A stretch of DNA of 56,737 nucleotides, counting the filler, from Thelocarpon superellum (taxonomy: Eukaryota), in assembly GCA_026025795.1 (NCBI GenBank). It is 4 parts of 4 records of this genome, joined end to end, with 100 filler letters (N's around TTAATTAATTAA, not from the genome) between each part and the next. Parts side by side here need not be neighbours in the genome. Positions count along the whole stretch, not along the records: positions 28,524 to 42,587 come from JAPEUG010000440.1; positions 42,688 to 56,737 come from JAPEUG010000441.1; 2 more parts are not named here. One strand, given 5' to 3'. Both the position numbers and the translations under genes were made by a program. Below the pieces are notes generated by a model. It did no database searches. It was not told where the DNA came from and was given only the letters and a program-made list of their open reading frames with translations. Shown one piece after another: positions 40,621 to 50,532 of this stretch (its first letter is position 1; every line of letters starts with the position of its first letter).

Positions 40621-42197
40621 ATGCATCGAGCGGCTGTTCGTACTCTGCCACAACTCAGGAACTTGTCCTATGCTCCTGGGATGGCGACGTACGTGCAGAC
40701 TGAAATGTTACCTTGAATGAACTCCCTTCATAAAAAAGCTGAGCACACAACACAGACTCCCTTTTGCAAAAGCCGTGGTGCAGACTATGAGGAAGCTGTT
40801 GGTAGCCACAAAGTCCCCAAAAATCCATGTGTCCAAGCTCAATGGTTCATCTCGAGGCAGATATCCCGAGGCTCTGGCTGACAAGAGCTTCGACAATACT
40901 GGCTGTAGGCATTCGAGGTCTCTATCTCCGAACCAGAGCAGCAGAGACTGATCTTCATGTAGTGCTGTTAGAGGCGCCACTGAATCCCCATCGGATTCGG
41001 GATCGTCGAGTCACTCTGACCATTGATCTTACTACTGCGGTCGCGAACGAGGCCATTGAGCGAAACAGCGCCGTAGTGGTCGCGTATCGTGAGCCGGCGT
41101 GGTTCATTTGCTGCTGAAGCAAGGGTGTGATTGACGTTGCTTGCTTAGACCCCATCATCTTCCGTCCCTTGAAGTCGCTCACCGCGGCGGATTCGCAACA
41201 ACAGTCGCTCTTACGCCTAGCCCAGGATGGGATCAGCGTAGCTCGTCCTGGGCCTCGACTCAACGGTGCAGAAAGCTGACGTGTGGGTGACGTAGGTCTA
41301 CTGTCCCCACACCGCGGTCGATGCCGCCCCCGGTGGCCTTGGCGATTGGTTGGCCGATATAGTCGCTGGGGTACCATCTTTCGGGCGAGTGGCTTTCTAA
41401 CGAGATCTAGGAACAATGATGCTGGAAATTATGATGCTAACGGCCATTGACGTGCCAGGGAGCCCAGACCTTCGGCTTCAAATCACACTCGGGAGGCCGT
41501 CACTCCAGTGCAAACCGTACCAGGTTTGGGATCCGTGGTGAAGGCGGACTGCAATCGCTCACAGCCGCAGGAATCGAAGGTGCGGGAATGGGACGTATCG
41601 TACGGTTCCACGAAGCGGAGACCTTGGACACCATTCTTCGTCGACTAGTTACTCGGCTCCAAATCGGGTCAAACGGTATATCCTCTCCCTTGCCTTCGCA
41701 TCCAGGGCCTATGGATACTCATCACCGCAAGTGCCCGTGGCGATCCCATATCATCTCCGAGCAGCCCACACGAAACTAGCGGACATCAAGATCGCTTCCG
41801 TCGGAGTGTGCGCCGGGTCAGGTATTCGTTCCTCTTGAGCTCCTCGATGAGAATGACATTGACGACTCTACGTAGGCGGGTCTCTGCTCCGCGACGTCGA
41901 CGTCGATCTCCTGGTTACGGGCGAGCTATCACATCATGAGGCCCTGGCAGCGATCGAGAGAGGCCAATGCCTTATTGCGCGTACGTTGATTGTTGCGATA
42001 GACGGCACGCCTCAGAGGGCAGGGAAGTGACTAATTTCTCCATAGCGTTCCACTCCAACACCGAGCGGGCATTCCTGCGTGAGGTGATGCAGCCATCGTT
42101 GAGCAGTGCGCTAAACTCGGAATGGAAAGAGACCGAGGCCGTGGTAGAAGTCAGCGAGGTCGATCAAGATCCCTACGAGATCGTCCGCGCAATCTAA
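40621..42197 (+). CDS. NIF3: NIF3 (NGG1-interacting factor 3, DUF34/YbgI family), about 10 short exons
   Basis: Spliced YPEALADKSFDNTGLLLEAP, LTIDLTTAVANEAI, AY|HPIIFRPLKSLT, VYCPHTAVDAAPGGLGDWL, GMGRIV, VGVCAGSG, TGELSHHEALAA, HSNTERAFL, VSEVDQDPY. Fragmented in the ORF track. Confidence 0.92.
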
Positions 42198-42337
42198 TGC
42201 ACCGCATCAACGTCATCTATATGGATTTTTCGAGCCCATCTCAACTATACTTTTGAGCCGTGGCATGCTAGCTACTAGCTATCGGAGCAGCTCTGTTCAA
42301 TCTCTCTTCATGTGACCTCTTTGCATTGAAGGCCCCC

Positions 42338-42587
42338 TCACAGCTTCCCGAGGACATTTTCAGCCGTAGAGACTGCCACGTGGATAAGTGATGGACTCGT
42401 GTGCCGCAGTGGCTATGGAGTGCGAGAGGGTATGAATCTTACCGCTAACGCCCGTGTTGTCAGGCTCGACATGCACACTCTTGACCTTGCCATCATCCAC
42501 AACAATGGCGTAGCGCTTGCTACGGGTTCCACCGAACACGGGCTTGTTCACGAAGGCCATATCCAAGGCTTCGGTAAAGGAGCCGGA
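42338..42587 (-). CDS. C-terminal part of a Prx5/Ahp1/PMP20-type peroxiredoxin, 5' end lost in the gap
   Basis: FGGTRSKRYAIVVDDGKVKSVHVEPDNTGVS|VSTAENVLGKL*. Confidence 0.88.
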
Positions 42588-42687
42588 NNNNNNNNNNNNN
42601 NNNNNNNNNNNNNNNNNNNNNNNNNNNNNNNTTAATTAATTAANNNNNNNNNNNNNNNNNNNNNNNNNNNNNNNNNNNNNNNNNNNN
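42588..42687. other. Artificial contig linker N44-TTAATTAATTAA-N44
   Basis: Same 100-nt linker; truncates genes on both sides. Confidence 0.97.
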
Positions 42688-43123
42688 GGCCGCGCCGTGG
42701 ACCTCGAGAAACAGCAGACGCGCAAATGGCGGGCGGGGGATGTATATGCACCGCACGATCTGAGCCCCATGGAGATGATCAAATGGAAGCGAAGGAATCG
42801 GCCGGATAAAGATGCCTTCGATGCGTTAGGCAAGAACCCACTGGATGAGTACAAGGTATGTAGAAGGTCCAGTCCGCACGGGAGGACACCATATAGCTAA
42901 CGCAATCTAGAACTTCTCCATCATGTCGGAGTACATGACGCCCATGGGACGGATTCGACATTCTCGAGAGACAGGGCTGCGACCGGTCAACCAACGGCGG
43001 ATCGCCAAGGCCATTCGACGGGCGGTCGGCATCGGCATCATGCCGAGCGTTCATCGCCATCCTGAACTGTTGGAGATGGAGATGAATCGGAGGGCGGACG
43101 GATGGAATCGTCGCAATCTCTAG
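42688..43123 (+). CDS. RSM18: Mitochondrial ribosomal protein S18, C-terminal part
   Basis: WRAGDVYAPHDLS, DAFDALGKNPLDEYK|NFSIMSEYMTPMGRIRHSRETGLRPVNQRRIAKAIRRAVGIGIMPSVHRHPE. Confidence 0.92.
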
Positions 43124-43343
43124 GTGAAGCTACGCCGGGTCACTGTACGACATTCATTCAACCTCTTTGCAAATATATACTCTGCTTGTATCATCATCAT
43201 CATCACCATCATCATCACGATGAAAAAGGATCATAATCATCATCACAACGCAATCATGAACCAGGTAAGCCACACGGTAACACGTCAAAGAAATTCAAGT
43301 CTCAATCATCGATATCATGTTCGTCATCATCAGCCTCCACCCC

Positions 43344-46307
43344 TCAAGCTCCCGTGCCCTGGTCATTGTTGAAGATCCGTTTGATGAATCGTCCGGCCCG
43401 CTTCCCATTCAGCAGATCCTCCAATTGCTCTTCCATGCGCGGCTGCGCGATGGGCCGTCCGTTCTTGTCAAACCGGTCCGGCAGCACGATGGTCTCATCC
43501 GACGAGGCGGGCGACAAGGAGCGGGGCCGATCTTGCGGTCGTCGGCGTAGGCGTCGGCGATCGGACCGTGAGGAGCTTGGGCCGGCGTCGACGTCACGGC
43601 TGGCCTCGGGATAGTAGCCGGCGTCGCTGCTCCGCCGATGACGGTGCTGCTTGCCCTTGGATCCATCGCCCGACTCAAGATCAAACTGGACTGACTTGTT
43701 GGGGGGGCCGACGGCCGAGCCGTTCACACGATCTAGGGCCGGGCGGGTCAGTGTGATCCACGTGTCAAGGGAACGCGCCAGACGCACCCTCATCCTCGGT
43801 GGTGAGCGGACTTACTTCATCGGCAGTCCGTTCGTTGTGGCCGGCCGGCGTGGCGGGCGGTTCGTATGGGGCACCTTCGCGGGGACCTTCGTATCCGTAT
43901 GGCGTCGGTGGCTGCCCCACCGGAACCTGCGTGTGGGCCGGCGCCGGGTAGTCCTGCGGGTTGTAGGGCGGAGCTTGGTACCCCGGTTCCGGGGGAGGAG
44001 GAAAGGCGTTCGTTTCCGGATAATACGGTCCTGGAGCGTTCCCGGCCACCGGCGGCGTGTACTGGTCGTACGGACCTGCGGGATACTCGGCCGGACCGGC
44101 GTTGTTCGCCGCCGTCGCAGCAGCTGAGGCGGTCGGGTCAGTCGGAGGGGTCAGGACGCGGAGGGAGAAATATCGCGAAAGTCCTCACCTTCTTCCTCCG
44201 CCCGCTTGCGATTTCGTTTGTGGATCTGCGACGCCGCCAGACCAGCGACGCCCGCGGCCGCACCTGCGGCGAGACCTGCTTCTGCCAGATGACGCGATCG
44301 CGAGTGCGAACGCGACCGTGAGCGGGAGTGCGAGCGTGAGCGACGGCGGCGGCGGTCATCAGGCGAGTCGTACGACTCGGACGACTCGGACGAGGCGCGA
44401 CGGTGGCGCGAATTACGGCCCTCGGCACGACTGGCGCCGTATGCCGCCCCCGCGGCGGCGGCGGCGGCGGCGTCCACGTCGCCATCGTGGCCAGGCGATC
44501 CGTAGTATCCCGACCGGGCGATGGGACGACCGTAGTTGTCCGTGGCGACGCCGTTGGCGCCATACACCGGCTGATCGCCGTACTCGATCAAACCGGCCTC
44601 TTCAACCCCACGACCTCGCTCGTCATAGGCCCCCAGCGATCGCGAGCGGGAGCGCGAACGCGAGCGCGAGCGTCGACGCGAGTCACGCACGCCCTCGCGC
44701 TCTTCCCTCTTCTTCTGTTGGTTCTCATACAGGCCGGCCACGGCGGCTCCGCCGAGTCCCGCAAGTCCGACGGGCAACGCGGTCCGGAGACGACTGCGCG
44801 ACCGCGACTTTCCTTTGCGCGACTGCGACCGATGACGGGCCGCTTCCACCACGCCCGCCACCGCTGCGGTGCCCAGGGCGGCCTCGGCGATACGACGCTT
44901 GCGATGCTTGGCGTTATGTCGTCCGGCGCGAGGTTGGCCATCGGAGTCGTACTCGGCGTATTCCGTCACCTCGTTCACCTGCTCTCGGTCTGCGGTGCTG
45001 TAGGAGTCGCGTCGCCGTCGAGACCGACTCCGCCGCGGCTCCTCTTTATTTGCGTTGTGCTTGTTAACCTGATTTGAGGCCACCTTGACGGCGGCAGCGA
45101 CGGCGGCGGCGCCCAGGCCGAGCTTGGCTAAGCTCTTGAGCTTGGAGCGAGAGCTGCTGCGGGAACGAGAGCGGTCACGACTCTTGCGCGAGCGTGAGCG
45201 GTGCCGGCTTCGGACGCGTGAGATACCCTCGGCGGCGATGGCGCCGGCCGCGGCGGATCCGACAAGCTTGCGACCGCTGTGCCGAACCTCCTCGCCCTGG
45301 GCTTTCTGGTGGTGGTTGAGCAGGGCAGCGGCGCCCAGGCCGGCGACGGCGCCTTCGGCCAGGTGTCGACGGTGGTGAGGGTCTCGGTCGCCACCCTCGA
45401 CTTCCTCTTCCTTGACGATGACCAGATCCTCATCACTGTATCTGTCATCCCCACGGCCGTACTGGCTGGCTGAGTCCCGCGGGCTGACACTGCGCCGGTC
45501 GTCGCGCTCCTCAACGAAGATCTCCTCGTCACGGTCACGGTCACGGTCCCGGTCACGACCTCGGTCGCGACCACGGCGCGTCGTCCGCTCTTCAATCTCC
45601 ACCTCCTCGAAGCTCTCTTCGCGGACCTTGGGCCGACGCGCGACTTCCTTTCGGTCCGTTTCGACCTCTTCACGGCGTACAATCTCGTAGCTCGGCTCGG
45701 CCTCGCGGCGAATGATGATGGGCTCGCGCGGGATCTCCTGGATGATGATCTGCTGGGGAGCCTGCTGGCGGATGATGATAGGCTGCGAGGCCGGCTCAGA
45801 CCGGCCAAAGAACTCGCTGGAGCGGGAGAATCGATCGCGCTCGTAGGGTCGGCCAATGTCCCGAGTGCGATCGATCTCGACTGATCGTTCACGTACCACC
45901 GGTCGGTCGCGGTCAAAGGGGCGAAGGCGGTCTCGCTCAAAAGCCCGATCTCGCTCAACGACGCGGCGGTCAATCTCTATGCGCCGTTCCGTCTCGAAGT
46001 CGCGGTCGCGGCCGCGATCACGATCACGGTCCCAACCGCGATCTCGATCTCGATCACGATCACGGTCCCAATCGCGGTCGCGGTCGCGGTCACTGTCGCG
46101 GTCGCTCACGCGGGTAATACGACGTTCGCGCTCCACGACCTTATCAAACTTGTCATCCTCGACCGGGCGACTGACACGATAACGGCGGACGGTGCGGACG
46201 TTCCCACCCGGAGGTGACACACGTGAGATGGACGATCGTCGACTGATCTCGTCCCAGTCTCGATCACGATCCCGCTCCCGCTCACGTTCGCGAATGATGA
46301 CCGACAT
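43344..46307 (-). CDS. Arg/Asp/Ser-rich low-complexity fungal protein, DUF3824-like, 3 exons
   Basis: PIIIRQQAPQQIIIQE, HHRRHLAEGAVAGLGAAALL, GLIEYGDQPVY, YYPETNAFPPPP, KSVQFD, SPASSDETIVLPDRFDKNGRP; introns near 44189-44124 and 43787-43733. Confidence 0.75.
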
Positions 46308-47367
46308 GATGCAGATCAGAGTAGGGGCGAAGGTGAGGTGATGGCGATGGCTGGTGGGGCGGAGGAAGGTGGGAGAGACGCAAAAGTGGAAAGGAGTAGA
46401 GGGGGATGATGCAAGAAGAAGAGGCAAGGCTGGGTTGCACTTCGCTAAATTACGGCCTGCAACGGTGACGGTCGTGCCGGCTTTGCTGCCCACCGACCGT
46501 AGGCACGGTGCGAGCTCGAGGCTAAGCGAGCGCCTCCAAGTGATCGAGGCGTATGACGTGGCTGGCCGCTGACTGATCGCTCGAGGGGCTCGCCCGGCGG
46601 CGGTGACCGGTCGGCCTCAGTTAAGCCTCGGGGGAATCAGGACGCTGAGGATAGAGGTGAGCTGAGCGAAGAGACGGTGAAGAGAAGACGCACGGTGATC
46701 ATCAGCTTGATAGACGCTGAGCGAGGACGTGAGGCTCCGAGCACGATGGACGGCGCCTTTCTGCCTTGCTGCACGTCCGCCCCAAGGATGGACCAGTGGC
46801 CGGTGGGCCGGTGGTCGGGAGCTGGTGGGGCACCCAGCAGCCAGTGCCCAGCGCCCCAGCTTCACCGACGCTTGACTAACGCTCGAGCAAGTACGCGGCG
46901 CGGGTCACACACGGCGGCCCACAACGCCCCGCTGGGCAAAAAGCGACCCCTCACACTGCACCCTCCGTCGCGGCTTCACCGTCAGTTCGTCCAGTTGTTG
47001 CGGCGTTGTGTATCTCCATCAACGACACACTGGCGGTGGTTCAATAGCTACGCTTGCACAACACGCACGTTTCGCCCAGCCTGCCATTCCTGGTAGCGAC
47101 CTCTACCGGTGTGGTCCGCTCCGCAGCATGGATGCTGAGGCTGGTTCGTTAGGATAGGACTATATTCTAGTATGTACGGGAGCAACATGTGGCAAAGGCG
47201 TTCATCGTAGCTGGTGCGATACCAAATCCGGGAGCGGCGCTCGTGCTATCCACATGGCTCGGGAGTACCAAAACAAGAATGACGACACAGCACAGCACCA
47301 ACGCCCGAGACTGGCAACAACCCAGAAGCCCCTCATTACAGTCGTAGCATAGCATCAATCGATCGTG

Positions 47368-48117
47368 TCACAGGCGCATGAGATCTAGCTCCGCCGGTTC
47401 TTCGGGAGCTGGCAGGCCTTCATCTTCCATCCGATCGAATCGCTTGCCCTTCCGCCGTTTCAGCGCCAGCGCTGGACTCCACACGCCCGCAAAGAGATCC
47501 TCGCATTCATCTTCATCTTGGCTGTCGAATTGCGTCTCGTCCTCTTCGGGATCCGGTAGGCCTAGTGCCACGGGCGGCATGCGGTGCTCCTCTCCCTCCC
47601 AAAAGTGCGCCGCCCGGATCTTCCGCGTCTCGAGGATGAATTTGCCGACCTTGTATCGCTGGGCTTCGTCCTCGGCCGCGACGTACTTCCATCCCAAGAT
47701 GGTACCGCAAAAGAGACAGGAGATGTCGCTGACGGTATGCGCGCCCGTCACGAGTTGCCGGGGAACTGCTTTATGCGTGTGCGTGTTGGGTAGCGACGAG
47801 GTGGGCGCGGACGCCGTGGCCGAGGCCGAGATAGCCGACGCGGTGGTCGATGACGACACGAGATAGGCACGTCCGTGTCGGCCGGTGAAGCCCTTGCTGA
47901 TGACCTGCGTCGTCAGACACAGGTCGGCGCTGCACCGTGCGCATCGAAGGTAGGAGACGTGGCCCGAGAGGAAGGGCGGGCGCGCATCCGGCTTGGACCG
48001 GCCGGCGTTGGAGGAGGTTGAGCTGTCAGAACTGCCGGAGCTGGATGAATCTTGGCGACGGCGGAAGGGAATGACGGGCAGCAAAAATTGGGGGAAGAGA
48101 AAGGGCAGCGAGCGCAT
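47368..48117 (-). CDS. Yippee/Mis18-family zinc-binding protein, intronless
   Basis: CARC...VISKGFTGRHGRAYL...RQLVTGAHTVSDISCLFC..LGWKYVAAEDEAQRYKVGKFILE. Confidence 0.92.
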   Translation of the reverse strand: MRSLPFLFPQFLLPVIPFRRRQDSSSSGSSDSSTSSNAGRSKPDARPPFLSGHVSYLRCARCSADLCLTTQVISKGFTGRHGRAYLVSSSTTASAISASATASAPTSSLPNTHTHKAVPRQLVTGAHTVSDISCLFCGTILGWKYVAAEDEAQRYKVGKFILETRKIRAAHFWEGEEHRMPPVALGLPDPEEDETQFDSQDEDECEDLFAGVWSPALALKRRKGKRFDRMEDEGLPAPEEPAELDLMRL

Positions 48118-48935
48118 GGTTAGCACAATAAATGCGTCGGTGAGGGGCACCGGTGGCGTCTGGGCGACCGATCGACTCCCACCGCTCCCACCGAGAAGTC
48201 GGCCTCACTCGACCATGTAGGTTCTGCAGCGCCCGGAAGTTCTGCACAGACAGTAATGATGGCGTCCGAGTGATGGAATATTGTCGGCCTCGACGACAGT
48301 TCCGAAACTCCGGTTGAGAGTGAGAGTGATCAAACGGGCGAAGCTTGGGCGCTGATGGTATGGCGGGGGGCCAGACATAAAGGCCGCAATTCGAATGGTA
48401 TTGTTAGTGTCAATTCGAGCGTTGGGCGGCAGCCCGTCCACCGTAGCATCTAACGTACCTGTGCCCGTCAGCAGCGACTCACGACCGCCACTTGTCCCAC
48501 TTTTGGTTAGGCGGGTGTCGCGCATCTTCTAGCGACAAGACTGACATGGCTCGATTTCTGGCCCCGCGAATCACTCGTGGTGCCGGTCGGGCGACCGCTC
48601 GGCCCTAAGAACTTCCGGCCGCGAAAGACCGGCTCTCATTCGTCCGCGGCGGGCTCCTTTCAATGATCAGCGCCTGCCCCTCACTTCATCCACGAGCCTT
48701 GCCACGGTCGGGCACCCGTACGACGTACGTGGTCGGGTGACCAAATTTTTGGCAAAGCGCTGGTAAAACGTCTCCAGGGGGATTGTGGGAAGCCTCGCGG
48801 CATGTCGGATCTATGTGGGGCATGGAGTTCCAGGTAGGGCCATTTGCGGGACACTTGAAGGAATTTTTCATAATCGATCGCGCTTGATGTGATTCACAAT
48901 GGATAGATAAAGAGATGATCAATTACGCCCATGCA

Positions 48936-49878
48936 TCACACTTCCATGCCCAAGAACATCCACTGATCGCTGAGCACCTCTGTGCCTGACGTCCAGGCCG
49001 CCAGCGTCGTGAGCTCTAGTCCGACCCAGCCCAGCACCCTCACCAGATCTTTCAACTGTTCCGCCGGCATCGAGCGTTCGAGGCAGATCACCAGGCGTTC
49101 GCAAGCCAATGATGGCGTACTGGCGAGCTCGATGAGCGCCATGAGCCTGTAGAAATCCTCGTCAGCATCAAGCCTTGCCCTCCGTCCAATCTCGCGGGCA
49201 TACCCATGTTTGAGATCGTGCGCCACAGTCGTATGGTCAAAAAAGATGAACAAGCCCCTGCCCAGCGTACCGGGCGCCACGAAGCCGCGGAAATGGGCGT
49301 CGCCACTGTAGTCCCATACCTCCGCCCACTGCTCCACCACGCCATGCTCCCTACGCGTATACGCGTTCGACGCCGCGTACGTCAGATGAACCTCCATTTT
49401 CGAATCCGCACCCATCCCAAGCGAGCCTTTGCGAGCCGTTGTCCCCTCACCTAAGAAAACAAGCCGCATGGTCTCGCAGAAGAGTCTCTCACTCTCTTCC
49501 GTGATGGTGTACGCTGCCCCCACTCCATCCATGAGCCGGCCCGTGGGTCCAGGTCCGGGCCTGGGCCCAACCGCACACACGACGAGCGGAGGACTTGACG
49601 ACGGTGAGGATGTACCCGAGCCGACCTCAGGGACACCACCCTACCCCTGTTGACACCACACGATCAGCCTTGGTCGGCAAGCACCAGCGGATAGATGAGG
49701 GCTATGCTCGAGGAAACTCACCTCCGGCCCCGGTAGAGGAGTAGTGAAAGGCCTGCACCGCCGCGGTGCCGGCCTTGACGACATAGCAGTCGGCGAGGAT
49801 GACTGGCTGGGCGGTCTGCACCGCGTAGCGAGATTGATGGGGATTACTAGACTTCTGAAGACTGCTTCGTTTCGCCAT
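48936..49878 (-). CDS. OAZ1: Ornithine decarboxylase antizyme, expressed by +1 ribosomal frameshift
   Basis: ORF1 (58 codons) ATG 49878..FHYSSTGAG|GVGWCP-UGA with intron 49721-49647. ORF2 in the +1 frame: ITEESERLFCETMRLVFLGE, EVWDYSG, LKHG|LMALIELA (intron 49203-49147), LVICLER, LGWVGLEL, WMFLGMEV*. Confidence 0.95.
49626..49632 (-). other. +1 programmed frameshift site CCC-UGA-G
   Basis: mRNA reads GGG UGG UGU CCC UGA GGU; skipping U49629 gives GAG GUC GGC..., in frame with the antizyme ORF2. Confidence 0.92.
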
Positions 49879-50532
49879 CGCTACTGGGAATTGCCACGAT
49901 TGCGAGGCGGACGTTGAAGTCGGTGAATGGTTGCGAAGATACGGAGGAAGCAAGATATGAGCTTGTAATCGTGATCGTGAGTCGTGATAGCTTGGCTTCG
50001 TGCGTCTGGGTGATGGGGTGGCGAGAGACAGACTACAGATGAAGGGCGTGGAGGGCGAGGAACAAGAGGGGCTGCTTGACTTTTTGACCGACCGTGCGGG
50101 CTTCGCCTCGCAGAGGCTTACATAATCAGAACTTCCGTCTTGACTCCAGCCTATCGCCGGCTCTCTTACTCCCAGTAGTACAGTAGTACTGGTGATACTG
50201 TTATAGCTTGTCACATCTCCGCGCACACGACTACATCTGACCATTCTCACCCGGCAGAGGGAGTGCATGGCGATGGTTTGGATGCAGTATTCAAGGTTGA
50301 TTGAATCTACGATGAATGAAAGGTCAAACAAACATCGCTGGCAACCTTAGCGTTGTCTGAAGCTCCACACTCCGAACGCCTCTCTCCGAACCTAACAGAA
50401 AGTCCCAATGCCGGCACCCACACGCCTCGGACATCATGATGGTGACCAGGACAATTCAGACCTCTTCCGGCCATGTCGACCAAGACCGCTCCCTCCGATG
50501 TGCATGGCCCAGCTCCAAGCGCCTTCCGCACC

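Noticed and set aside
43190..43256. (CAT)n tract; also (TCTGGA)n near 13824, (TCCC)n near 18846, (ATCCAC)n near 12300 and ATCTCCCAA x3 near 4867
   Set aside because: Ordinary microsatellites in UTRs or introns; no spacers, so not CRISPR-like.
50396..50415. GAAAGTCCC resembling the RNase MRP CR-I motif
   Set aside because: Partial match only, and no complementary P4 partner found.
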